Assembly: GCA_030704615.1 (NCBI GenBank)
Contig: CM060734.1
Span: forward strand, 22,692,001 to 22,756,000
DNA from: Takakia lepidozioides
Lineage: Eukaryota > Plantae > Bryophyta
Length of the DNA stretch: 64,000 bases
Reading direction: 5' to 3'
A program made the position numbers and the translations under genes. Every line of letters begins with the position of its first letter. Position 1 is the first letter of the stretch. The notes below the pieces were generated by a model that made no database searches, was not told the DNA's origin, and saw only the letters and a list, made by a program, of their open reading frames with translations. Of the stretch, positions 1 to 12,574 are shown one piece after another.

Positions 1-284
1 TGGGGTGCCCTGGCTCGACTCTTAGTTTAACGAGTGATGGTGTTGTATTTCATGTTCTTGTGTCAACAGTGTGAGTCTAAGTTTCTATCTATTGTGGCAG
101 ACTACTTTATTGTGCATATATATGTGGTGTGGTTTGGACAGCGATGTAGTTGTGTAGCGATACGTATGCGCACGACAGTCGCATTGAACATTAACCTGGG
201 GTTGCAACTCTAAAATTTAAATTTAAATTTTTTTTTGTATGAAATAGGTAATGGTGCGGTCACGTCCCCGTCGGTACACGGAGG

Positions 285-2090
285 ATGATTTCCGGAACGT
301 TTATGCAGCTGTACAGCCACCCAGCCCGGGTTCGAACAATGGTGTGGTTGACATACCTCCATGAGCACCTCGGCGCCGTAGACTCGATGATGTGCCAATT
401 GTACCACATGTGCCTGAACAAGCCCCCGGGCATCCCATTTTGCTTCCTTTGCCGCCTCGAGGCCCTAGGCCTCCAAGTCCAGAGCCACGAGGCCCCAATC
501 GGCCCACATTCGAGGAACCCCTGCCGAAGGAGTGTTGATGCAAGAAGTGTTGGGCACGGACACTACCGGGGTTTCGACCAGTCATGCGTCAGGCACACAT
601 TGTTGATGACCACTATAAAATAAATGGGCTTGCGGATGCGGCAAGGGTGAGTCTCTAAGAACCCATCATACTCACATTAATACTTTAGGGTTGTTATAGT
701 GTTTTGTAAATGTGACACAAGTTCAGTTAACTTAAATCTCTTGGGTAGGAACACAAATGGCTAATTATTAAATCATGTAAATGTACGTGCAGCCATGAGT
801 CTTTGCCCAGGCGCGCAACCTCATTGCATCACAAGCATATGAGATGGGCCTTGCTTTGGAGTTGGAGGTCCATCTTGTGCCGGATGTGACCGTATTTTTC
901 CCTCAAGAGGAGGTAGATAGAATCCGTGAGGCGAAGGGCTATGGATGGGCATACAACCGGTTTGGTAGCCGGACCAGACCACGGCCACCAGCATCGACAT
1001 CTCGACCTCCTGGCCTTGTATCTGATCCACCACCGGCCGACATTCCTACATGTTCTCCCGAGCTTGTACCTACTCCACTATCTCTGGTTCCATGTCCACC
1101 ATCTGCTCCCCTTCTATCTGATCCACCACGTGCCGATGTTCCCACATCTCCTCCCGGCCTTGTACTTGCTCTACCATCTCCTTTCCTTATACCTGATCCA
1201 CCACTGTCCGACGTTCCCACATCTCATCCCGGCCTTGTATTTGCTTCATCATCTGATCCTGATCCATGTCCACCCTCTCCTCCCTGTGTGCCTGATCCAG
1301 TGGTACTCGACGTTTCCACATCTCTTCCCCTTGTACTTTCTTCCGCACCTCCAGTTGTAGCTTCTACTCCCCCACCTTCTGTAGCATCCCACCCTCCCCT
1401 CCCGCAGAGCCATGCTGGGACTACAGGACGTCGTGCACCTTGTACTCCCCGGCAATGTAGGGCCCGTCCTGCACTTGAGGTTCATCGGTCCGGGACCAGA
1501 ACGATAGAAGGTTGCTCATGAGATCAATCAAGCCCGCTTGTTGGATGACCTCCCTTAGCCCTCCTACTCCTATTCCTGAGAATGAGCCATTCGTTTATTG
1601 GGGTAGGCGCTATTGTGTAAGACCCGCAACTAACCCGGCCATGGGTCATGGGCTCTTTGCGGTGGATGACATCCCAGTTCCCCGTGGAAGAGATCGGATA
1701 GTGGACTTGTTTCCCTATTTTGGTCCCTATTACACCACAGCTGAGTGGGGCACATTGCATGGGGTGGCCCCTTACATACGGCCTTTTGTTCTATGCGTGA
1801 CCAATATTGACGTACGAGAGTGGATATTGAGTCCCTCATAGAGAATTTATTGTGATGGCGACCCCGATGTCTTCGGCAATGTTGCAGGGCTCATCAATAG
1901 TTCCATTGGTGACTCCAGACGAACAATGTACTATGGGATGAGCGACATGATGGGGATAGGAGACTAGTGCCTTCGATATCCACATTTGTCATGACATGTG
2001 CATGTAGGACAATTAGGGCCGGATCCGTTGTTTGCCTCATATGAGTTCTCTGAGGAGGCATGGAACCGTAGGGAGAACCATCAGTGGGAT
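285..2090 (+). pseudogene. Spliced SET-domain (lysine methyltransferase-like) gene with Pro-rich linker, disrupted
   Basis: Reading through the TAG at 1839 and two frameshifts gives GHGLFAVDDIP...YFG...CDGDPDVFGNVAGLINSS...CACRTIRAG/PLFASYEF, matching SET motifs GxGLFA, GNxARFINHS and AxRDIxxGEELxxxY. GT donor at 648, AG acceptor near 792. Confidence 0.7.
995..1345 (+). repeat. Degenerate tandem repeats encoding Pro/Ser-rich linker
   Basis: Recurrent ctcc(t/c)ggccttgta, ctgatccaccac and gacgttcccacatct units; ORF 844-1521 repeats DPPxxDVPTSxPGLV. Confidence 0.75.
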
Positions 2091-2445
2091 GTGTTCTGGA
2101 GACATGTTAGAAACAATCGGTAGGAATTCACAAAGAACAATTTTGGGTTGTTTGCAACTTGTCATGCGTTTCTATACATATTTTTTACGATCGACATGGT
2201 GTCGACATTGTGATAATTGCATGTCAACTTCTCAATTGGCATATCAAACAATATATACAATATTTCATAACATGAATCATCGTCGTCATTGCTTGAGCAT
2301 TCCATATTTACTTTCATCCTTAAAAATAAATGAAATCTTGGGCCTAACCTTTTAGATGGCTGAAAGAAAAGTACCAACACCACTAACATGTAATTTGAAT
2401 AAAACGTTGTATATTGTACTGAAATTGTTTTGGTCTTCTAATTAG

Positions 2446-5400
2446 GTGCATGCACTAGAAGTGTATGCATCGAGGCACCAGCCATCTCATACCGGCATTG
2501 AGGCAGAGAATGTTGACTATGGCGAAGAGGACCATGAGATGAATGAGGGTGCGTCCCACTTGCATATTCCCGAAGACGTTGCAAGGGATGTTCCCAATGT
2601 TGAGGATGGTTTGGACCTTGATGAGGTCAGAGCCATGGAGGATCTTTTAATGAACCATTTGGGTGTCAAGGGACAACACATTGGGGATCATCACGATACG
2701 TCCACGGTGGGAGAAGCTCCGGGTCCAAGTGCAATGGAGGATGAGGCCAACACACCGTTGTACAAAGGGGCGAAAGTCAGCAGGCTTTCCACCATATTGT
2801 TGTTGCTTAATTTGCAAACCAGGTTTGGCATAAGCAATGTTGGTATGTCTGCAATCATGCGCACTATTGGAGACTACATCCTCGCCCCCCCATTTTGAGT
2901 ATAAAATGCCACGCTCGAGAAAAGAGGCAAGACAAGTCCTTGACTCAGTGGGGATGGGTTACAAAATTATCCATGCATGTCCTTGTGATCGGACCTTGTA
3001 CTATGGAGACCATGAGCGTGCTACCACGTGTCGCCCGTGCAAACAATCTAGATACCGAGATGATGTTCAAGGAAAGAAGATCCCACGAAAGGTAAATTAT
3101 CTAATTTCCATTGTATAACTTGGTAGGGTTTTAGGTTTTGAGGTTATGATATTGCCCGAATAATTTTGCGTTTCATAAATGTTAGTACATACAGAAGAAT
3201 AAATATATGATGCATGAAATATGCAGGGAATAGGCAGATCAAATATTCATTGACATTTGTTATAGGTGATGTCAGTGTAAGTTAGGATTTAGGGTTCAAG
3301 GTAGCAGATTGTTCTCAATTTGTATGTTGTGCAATTCATATGTATGTATGTGTAATATGAGAGTATATGGAATAAACATGAAGTTGATTTTGTCATATTG
3401 CTTGTGGGTGGGGTTAGAAAATGCATTATTTTCCAATCATCCCACGCTTGAAAGCACAATTTCGGAGTCCATCCTTCGCACAACTCATGAAGTGGCATGC
3501 GACACATTGAAGCCCCCCGGGAAAGGTGTGTGGCCCCCATGATTCTCAAGCATGGAAACACACCGAGGAGAAATGGTCTTTTCTGAAGGAAGATCCTAGA
3601 CATGTTCATCTCGGCTTGTCTATGGATGGTGTCAATCCATTCTCAAGAAGGGCCATATTATGTTGGCTGCCATTGTGCCAGGTGAATAACACAACTCTTT
3701 CTTGTTGCTTTACGATGTACGTGGTAGTACAATGTCGAATATATATGTAACTAAGATGATTTGTTTTGTTTGTATTTGAAACGATCTGATATGTATTGTA
3801 AATAACTTGTGTTGTAGGGAAAAAACAAGTGAAGGACATGGATGTGTATATGCGTCGACAACCAGCATGTAGCCTAGTGGTAATGGGTACATACCATGTT
3901 GGATGTGGTTGTGGGTTCAAACTACGGCCTGGTGTGTCATGAAGGTGTCCACCTTTCAGCTGGAAGGCAATAGCCCTTGTGGTGAAAAGACACCATAAGT
4001 TACGCTCCCTTCGGGAGGCGTCCTACTTTTTTGTATATGCGTCCATTGGTTGACGAACTGAAGCTTTTATGGAATGGAGTTCCAGCCTATGATGCATCGG
4101 TACCCACTGGCCGACGTTCTTTTCTCTTGCGAGGGATTTTGCTATGGACAATGCATGACTATCCACGTACAACTTAATTTGATATTATCTATAGTATTAA
4201 TATTTCTTCGGTATACCATGTGTTTGTATGTACTCGTCATGATTTATCTTTAGCAGTTCATGTTTACAGGGTTTATTGAAATACGAGGCGCATAATGTTA
4301 AATCCCAACTAAATTCATGGTTTTGTGCAGGGCTTTCAGTTTGTTCGGGACTAAGCACAAAGGGATACGCATGATGTTCATGTTGTGGGCCGGATAACCT
4401 TGATGCAAAGCATTCAACGAATGTCGGGAAAATGATCTATCCCAACTACCGGAAATTTCTACCTCTCGACCATCCATGGAGAATAGAGGCAAGAAATTAT
4501 TTGATGGAACCGTGGAGAGGAGACCTCCACCTGTGCGTCCACTCGGGTCATTTTGGAAAGGCCGGTGGAAAGAGGTGGTGGTAAAAAACATCGTAAAGCG
4601 AGGTGTGGCATGTCCCGGCTCTCAATCTTCTACGAGTTGCCTTATTGGGAGGAACAAGTCCGAAATGCATCCCTGCATACAAATGATTCCCTTGAATGTC
4701 CTCAAATTTCTCATATGAAATTGCACTGAGTTTAGGATTTATGACAAATTATATGGAAATTTCGTGATGCGCAGGATCTGAAAATCCGGCACCTCCTTGA
4801 TCCCATGCATATTGAGAAGAATGTGTGCTCGTCACTTCTTCATGTACTGGCCAACTTAACCAGGGGGGAAGAAAAAGCTGAGAGGTGATCACCTTGGTGT
4901 GAGGCGAGAGCTCCAAGCCCAAATGCGTATGCAACGACTATGGCCTCAAGAAGCTGGTGTGGACATGAACAATGTTCCCAAGTGGAAGTATAGGGCGCCA
5001 ACTTGGACATGGACAAATGAGGAATGGAAGCAAGTCCGAACCACAATAGGAGGTATCCGGACGCCAATCGGGTATGGCGCATTTCTACGCAACAAATTTG
5101 AGGATGCCGCCACTATCCATGGTTTGAAGTCTCACGACTACCACAACATTTTGCAAGACATCCTTCCCGTTGCAATACGAGGGACACTACATGAGGGCAT
5201 TCGGAAAGCTGTCTATCGACTGGGGGACTTGTTCCGCTGGATTTGCACAAAAGAGATGGAAGAGAAGGATTTCGAACGAATGAAAGTAGAGGCGGCCACG
5301 GTATTGTGTATGTTGGAGATGCATTTTTCCCCTAATTTCTTTGACCTCCAAGTGCACTTGTTTGGTGGAGGAGGCCGAGATTGTCGGTCCGGTCCATGCT

Positions 5401-5570
5401 CGTTGGATGTACTTTCTTGAGCGCTATATGAAGGACTTGAAAGCACATGTGCGGCAAAGGGCGCATCCCGAGGGTAGTATGGCGGAGGGGTACACTTGCA
5501 GGAGGCTATGGTTCTATGTACGGAGTACATGAAGAGGTTGGACAAAGACGCCCCCCGAATGTGGAAATAC
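2446..5570 (+). mobile_element. CACTA (En/Spm) Tnp2/TnpD transposase, frameshifted and 3'-truncated
   Basis: Motifs TPLYKGAKVSRL, YKIIHACPCD..LYY..CxxC..SRY, HDSQAWKH, LGLSMDGVNPFS, GLKSHDYH, FFDLQVHL, GPVHARWMYFLERYMKDLK..HPEGSMAEGY (Transposase_21/DUF4218 type) spread across introns and frameshifts. Confidence 0.93.
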
Positions 5571-5571
5571 C

Positions 5572-8500
5572 TGTGCTGCAAGGTTTATCATAACATCTCA
5601 GCTAGTCTTCTTATTCATAAAGGAGCTTCATCTTTCATCTAACCTCGACACTAATGTCGAGGTAATCTACCATCCGCGATAAAACCCGGAGTTGCATCCC
5701 AATGGTAAAAACGAAGGATATCACTGAAAAAATGTGTTCATACGAGCGTTCGCAATCCTAGGACTTACTCCCTGTGGCTACATGGCCATACTTACCATGT
5801 TAACCACATATTCCATAACATTTGCCATAACATAAAGCATTTGACAGTGTTTCAAATAAAGTCTTGTCGTTGCCACCCTTTCAATGAATCCTAGAATTCA
5901 ATGGGTTAAGTTGTAAAAAAAGCTATAGAGTGCAACCTGATTAGAAAACTCAAAACAAAGCAAGGAATACTGATTATAAATGTAAGAATAAAGTCATACA
6001 TGTTTGTGAGCCTTCTGTGTTGATTGTTGGGGACTCGTCACTTCTCCGATGGAGTCGGTCGGTAACCTCGCCATTGAGGTCGATGTTCCCACAAAATTTG
6101 TTGTTAGAGCAGTATTCTTCACAGTCACATCTACTAGTCTATTCGAAGCGTTGTTCTTTGAAGTGAGAGGTCTTAACGTTTTGGATTTTGTCATCTGCAT
6201 CTCAACTCATGGGATTTGAATTCTCTATTTAACAACAATTCGAAGACTCAAGTTTCTTGCTATAAAAATGACATGCGAATATCTTAAAACAATGGGAAAA
6301 TCTCATAACCATTTATACAACCAGCTTTGTATCAGATATCACGTACATTTTTGTGGTCCAATTTGGTTTTCATCCTCCGCTCTCTGCTACGCCCCGTTAT
6401 TGGGGATACTGTGCCGATTGGAAAATCACCAGCAGCCGGCGTGAATGTGTCAGGCTCGGAATCATCAGCAATAGTGATTGATTCTGTCTCTATGGCTTGC
6501 TTATTTTGTACTTCCAGATTATTGCTTCCAACACCTACAGCTCCGAGACTCTCCACAATCGGACTTCCAAAACCACAGTCTCCACAACCCTATCCAAGTC
6601 CTCCATATTGGTCTCGTCATTGAGCCACGTGCCCTCATTACCCTCATTATTACCCTCATCAGCCTCGTGAACTACCTGCTCAACATGCTCATTTTTTTTA
6701 ATTTCCTCAACCATCTCGTTGTTGTCAGGGCCACCAGCTGATCCAATTGCTCCAACTGTTTCAAGCTTTTCAGCCCCCTGCTGTTCAACGTCATCATCAT
6801 CCTCCTCCGGATCCTTGTCCCCGGTGGACTTGTCCGAGCTCCCACCACCCTCTTGACCATCAATTCCATCTTATGCTTCTCATCAGCATGTGGTTCTTCC
6901 TCAATCTCCTCTTTGTCCGAAGCATCCACTTCGTCCTCAGTGTCCTCATCCTCATCAGAGACCTCCGCAACCTTGTTTGTGTCAGAGGCACTGTCATGTT
7001 TTTCGGCATCTCCTTCTTCCTGAAACTTTATTCCTTTCTCCACTTCGAGGACCTTGAATATTGTCTCCATCTTATCATTGCAATGTTGAACATGGCTCTT
7101 CAGGTTTACATCCACAACACAAACTCCGTGTGCCTACAAAAAGAACTGATTACTGTTATTTCCAAGTCAACAAAATTCAAAGGACGAGATCAATATAATA
7201 GTAGTGGCAGTTGACGTCGACATTCATGTCGACGTTTGAGTCGTAACAACGAGGAGGTGATTATCCTTAGCTCACCTGAAGATGGTAGCTGAGCATATGA
7301 CCACCAAATATATTGAAGGCTAACATCCCCTCCTGACAGAACTGACCGACGAGGATTTCATAAACCTGACTCCGTAGCTCGTGCTTGTACACTCTTAGCT
7401 CCATTTCTCTATCACTGAGCTCAACTTTTGTGCCATGCAGCACGGGTTCCAAGGGCTTCTTGAAAAGAGTTGTTAGGATGTGTGCGTCTGGGATCTTGAG
7501 CTGGTTCTCTATTGCAGGAAAGACGTAGTCAAGGCATAACATAGGGCGTGCGGAAGCAGCAGATGTGATTGCGTATTTGCGCTCCTCTGATCCAGGGAGG
7601 TAGACTCCCTGAAGAAGAATGTACTTCGTGGAACCCCCACCGTACCTCACGTAAGAAACAAGATTTGATGAGGAAGCTTGGGTTGAGAAGAACACGAATA
7701 CGTTTGAAAAGACATTGCGCTTCCTAAAGGCAGACAGTATGGTGATGTAGTCCTTCCTCTCAAACACAAGATCCTCTCTGTCTCCAATTGTATTCACAAA
7801 GACCATACCAATGTTTTGATATTTCTTCCTGCTGAAGAATGAAAGACGGCTGGCAGCGTTCGAGAACCTCCTCTTTGCACCCAGCATGACATAACGGTCC
7901 TTGAATGATCGTGTCAGGTCGTCGTTGTAGGTCGTCATCTCCTCAATTTTCTTCTTCCAAAACAGTACATAGATCCTGAATGGCTCTGGGATTGAGGGTG
8001 TCACCTTGTTCATATTGGCCTTGTCTGCCAGATATTCCGCCGTTGTTTTGGACTGCATGGCCTTAAAAACTGTCTTAGTGATTTTGAGGTCATGTTTCAC
8101 CTTTGTCCATTCCTCCTTCGTGTACGGTTCTGGATTGCTTTTGGACCACTCTGCTCCTCCGAGTACCACCATGATGTCATCAACCACAAATCTTCATGTT
8201 TTCATGTAATCAATGTAGTCGTTCATGCTCCTCAAGGTTTGATCTTTACCCTTATATGGATTTCTAATGCTCAGCCTCAAGTCCAGGATCCTCTGTGCCA
8301 CCTTCTTGATCTGTCGCTGGTTAAGCCCTTGAAGCTTTTGGATAGCCGACTTGGTCAATGGAACCTGCTCAGAGTTGCATACAATCCCCATAGCATCAAT
8401 GAGCTCCCCCTTGTCCCACTTTCGAAACATAGTCTCCCACAACTCCCAGACGTCCTCATTAGCATGGACCAATGCCAACGCTTCTTTCGAGGAGTTCTTC

Positions 8501-10113
8501 TCCAGTATAACCAATGCCGCTTGCATAAACTCCTGGGATGAAGAGCACAATTATTTTCAGACCCAATAAATTATCAGTGAGGAAATTCCAAAAACCCCTA
8601 TCTAGATACTAGTATGTATATAAATGAAGAAAAAGACTATTAGAAGAATGTTTACCTTCCACAAGCCAGTCTCGTTCTTTTTTGCATTATCATTGTATTT
8701 CGGCGGCTTCCCAATTGATGCATAAAAGCTTCTCAGGTGACCCAATTTCTCGCTAAAAGTCGTGTCAAACTTTTGTGCTTTGTTCGGGTCATTTAGAAAC
8801 TTGGAGAGCGTCACCAGTTGCAAGTGCTCTTTTGACCACACAATCCTGGCCGGCCATTCTCCAAAGTAGTTTGCGAGCTGCTCGTCTATATCCAAATCCT
8901 CAACAAGTTCCTACAAACACAGTTCCATGTTGTAAAGATTTAATTCATTCGACGTCGACATTGATGTCGACGTTCAATTGACTCGACGGTATCCTACTTC
9001 ATTCTAATAGACGTCCATAGCATATAACGTTGACATGAATGTCGAGGTTCTAGACCAATTTCAAATCTATTTGTTGAATTCTAGAGTCAAGAGACATAGA
9101 TCTGGTTAGCGAGTACCTTGGCAGCCACGATAGTGTGTTGCCCTCCGATAATGAAAAATTTCGTCGAAGCATTGTCGATCTCCGCTGATCTCGTTGGTAT
9201 CTTCTCACACACATTGTCCTCCTTCTCTGAATCAATTGGAGTGAGATATACCGGATGTTGGGTATCCAGATGTCGGAGCTGCAGGAGTCTGATTTTGACC
9301 TCATCCTTGTACTTGAGGTTTAAAGGTCAGTAAACCATATGTTTAGGAGCAAGATTCATTCGCGATATCGGTATTTTGAAAGTTCTACTAAAACCGAATG
9401 GAAACATGTCGCCGTAGTATTCTACTAGATTTTTTGCCAGTTCTATTGACTTATCCTTGTCGTAAATGTCGGCTGTCTTGGGTCTCTTCACGTCGGGAGC
9501 AAGGGCTGGATCAATGGATTTCTTTGGTTTCCGCTGCTTTGAGGATGATCCAGCATCTTCCTGATCCTGCTCTGAAACTGATGACCCTGCCGTAGACTTA
9601 CGTCTTCGTCTTGCTGGTGTTTCCGTTCTTTGTTCCATGTTTTCATTACCGGATGTGAACAATACATCCTGAAAATGGCCCCAGGAGCGGATAAATGTTT
9701 TGGTATCCTGACCGATGTTGTTATCTTCATTGAACTTGAATCCTTTTTTATTGATTGTTTCATGAGGTTCTTGCGGACAGAATTTCCAGATGCTACTTAC
9801 CCGAATGTTTTTGGCACCCTTCCATCCTCAACAACAAAGATCACCAGCATTGGAGACTACATGTTCGTCTGGGTTTCCACTTCCTTCACGTATGCGTACT
9901 TGAGCTCTGTAACATTGCTTCCCGTCTTGTACTGAAACCGGAGCTTATGATCTAGAGGTTCCCCAGTGACTTCAATGCCCCATTCTTTTATGCTACTCTT
10001 CAATTTGTATATAGCTACATGCTCGGTCTTGTATCCCGGGGATCTGACAGATAAGAAATCCCCACAAATGTCTGCAGACATTCCGGGTTGGCAGTCTTCG
10101 GGGGCCTGAGAAC
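5572..10113 (-). pseudogene. Multi-exon gene: ParB/Srx-like domain + degenerate beta-class N4C/N6A DNA methyltransferase-like domain + acidic tail
   Basis: Exons 10113-9117, 8910-8656, ~8550-7276, 7133-~6330 with GT-AG borders. Spliced peptide FFIIGGQHTIVAAK|ELV..WPARIVW..LSKFLN..N is ParB-like; ELRSQVYEILVGQFCQEGMLAFNIFGG..LQ|AHGVCVVDV resembles MTase SAM-binding motif I. In-frame stops (9327, 9857) and frameshifts. Confidence 0.55.
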
Positions 10114-11659
10114 TGCAAAAGCTATATGTCCAATATTTGATCAGGAAAACACCTCGACATTAATGTCGACGTTAGAAAATGTTTATGATGTGACCATGAT
10201 ATTTAATCACACTATCTTTTCAACATACAATGAAGGACAAACCAAATCCCACAAGGTTTGTAAGCTCAAACACATTGAAAAATCTTTGTAAATATCCATC
10301 TTTTATTCACATCAGAGAGCAACTGAGATTTACAACACATTACTCAACAATGAGACAACATTACTCAAATGTCCAGAGACCAGTGTCTTCATCACAATAG
10401 ATTCGGCCTAACCAAACACGTTCCAAAAGAGGAATCATCTTTTGATCTTGACCTTGAGTTCCCGACAGCCCAAGAATCTCGGCACAGACGTTGTCCATGG
10501 GTAGCTCATATTCTTCAGGGTATGACGTGCGTGGAACGTAAGTCTCTGGACTGTATGTTTCTGGAACATATGTAGGGTAGAATAACATGTATTCATATGG
10601 CCGTTGGATATTTCGTTGAGAGGAATGAATGTATTGTGGTGAGGTTGGCATGTATTCAGGGGATGACGGATAATATCCAGGAGATTTTGCTGCCTCTGAA
10701 CCGGATGATGAATAGGCTATTTCAGGTGGTTCAATGAGGTCCGGAAGCTCGTATTCGGGAGTTCCGGGAATTGGGTAGAAGCTCGATGAGTATTCGATCG
10801 TTTCATCATTTCCAGAATAATCACTCCTACACAACCACCTATGAACTGCCTCAGTTCATTGAAACACAAAATCTTGTTGATCCTACTTTTCCAAAGAATT
10901 GTTCTAAATTAACTCGACCTCGACATGAATGTCGACGTCCATTCGCAGAAGACCGTTTTCCTAAATTGCCTGTCCTGAGTAGATAGCCAGTGATAGTTAG
11001 TTTCAACCTATCTCACATGACGCTTCATCATCTACTGAAATAACTGCAATTAGATTTACGCTGCACTTAATGTAACTCTATTGTTATATAGAGTTATATC
11101 AGAATCTTAACGTCGACATTAATGTCGAGGTTCTTCATCTATTGTTTATTGATTAACAGTACTTGAGGTAATTGTAATCTTCAGTCCACGTAGAGTTGTG
11201 AAGAAAACTAATCTTATTGCATGAGAACGTTGACATTAATGTCAAGGTCCAATTCCCTCGTTGGACAGTCAACTAACGTGTTCATCCAAATTCTGTAAAA
11301 AAAACGTGAAATCTACAAATGCTATTACAAAAAGCTAATGTCTAGGCTTACCTCCCCCTCCTCGACACTAATATGAGAGTCCTGAACCTCGACATTAATG
11401 TCCAGGAAGTTTAAAAGGTTCATCAGCAACCTGCTTACGTACACTGGAAAATTGAGAGATGTTCAATTTATACATGATGCCTCTAAACCTTAACATTCAT
11501 GTCGAGGTTCCCTCCCCTTGTCGAACAGCTATAACGAAAGTGCTCATGTAGATGGTTGACAATATATGACACCCATACATGGGTCCGAAACATCTACACC
11601 CATACTGGGGTCCCGAAATGCCTACATACATTAATGTACCTCGACATCAATGTCAAGAT
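5642..11659. repeat. Dispersed 22-bp palindrome A, consensus ACCTCGACATTAATGTCGAGGT (~11 copies)
   Basis: Copies at 5642, 7214, 8952, 9026, 10151, 10917, 11109, 11226, 11385, 11487, 11638; all outside the long coding exons. Confidence 0.92.
10361..10826 (-). CDS. Terminal coding exon with Tyr-Ser-Pro heptad-like repeats, unknown TE-associated protein
   Basis: ORF 10361-10834 with AG acceptor at 10827-10828; SPGYYPSSPEYMPTSPQY; AATAAA on the minus strand near 10303; small upstream exons suggested near 11351-11383 and 11937-11973. Confidence 0.5.
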
Positions 11660-12574
11660 TGTTTACAAAGAGAGTCGTCCTGATGTCCACCTACATTGCA
11701 CATTATGATGACATTACAATAGACCTACTTTGCAAAATTGGGCAACATTATGTCGAACTACATTGGAGAGATACTCCAAATTTACTCGAGATTTGTGTGT
11801 GTGAGAGATTCGCTCTAGGTGTGTGTTTGTGATTTGCTCTAGGTGTATGCGTGTGTGTCTGCATTTTTAATTAATCCTAGGTGTATGTGATTGTATGTTC
11901 TACTGATTTGCTCTAGGTGCGTTCATTGAGTTATACCTGGCCATGAGTCTGCTCCAACCTCACTCTCTTTAACCTGCAAACAAGGCAGACAACTGTTTAT
12001 TGGTGGACCAATGAAATCAAACTCAAACTCAAGATAATTCAAAACGAATCATCTATTATACATGCTGCAATTTGGAATTGTGTTTGTACCTCTATTTTAT
12101 CTCTACCCTGCTGGAATGTATTTGTTGCCCATGCTGCTCCTATGCAGCTCCTGTTGCTCCTGTCCCTACTCAGCCTATTGGAGCTTAAATTGCAGGGCTA
12201 AGGTTCTGAAACCCTTATTTTAACAAGCACATGGACAAAGAGATAGAGAAGAAACACATGGGCAAAGAAACTTGAAACACGTGGGCAAAGAGAGAGAGAG
12301 AAGAAACTTGAAACCTGAAATCAGCATTAAGAAACCATAAAATATTCAAGGTGCCTTTGAACATCAAATAGACCCGAGAGGAACAGAAAATTGCAATTGC
12401 CCTTGTGTGTCATTCCTAGTTATGCAGCTAAGCTTGCAAAGACAGCCATTAGACGATGTGAGAATCCCAGTAAAGTAGAGCTGATTTTGGAGAGGGCTAG
12501 GGAGGACAGAAGGAAGCGGAGAGAGTTGGCTGCAGCTGAGACAGGTAGATTTCCGTCCAACACAATGGATTGAG

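Noticed and set aside
191-5709. Short inverted similarity (ggttgcaactc / gagttgcatccc) as TIRs around the CACTA transposase
   Set aside because: Only ~20 bp with mismatches, no CACTA/CACTG terminus and no TSD.
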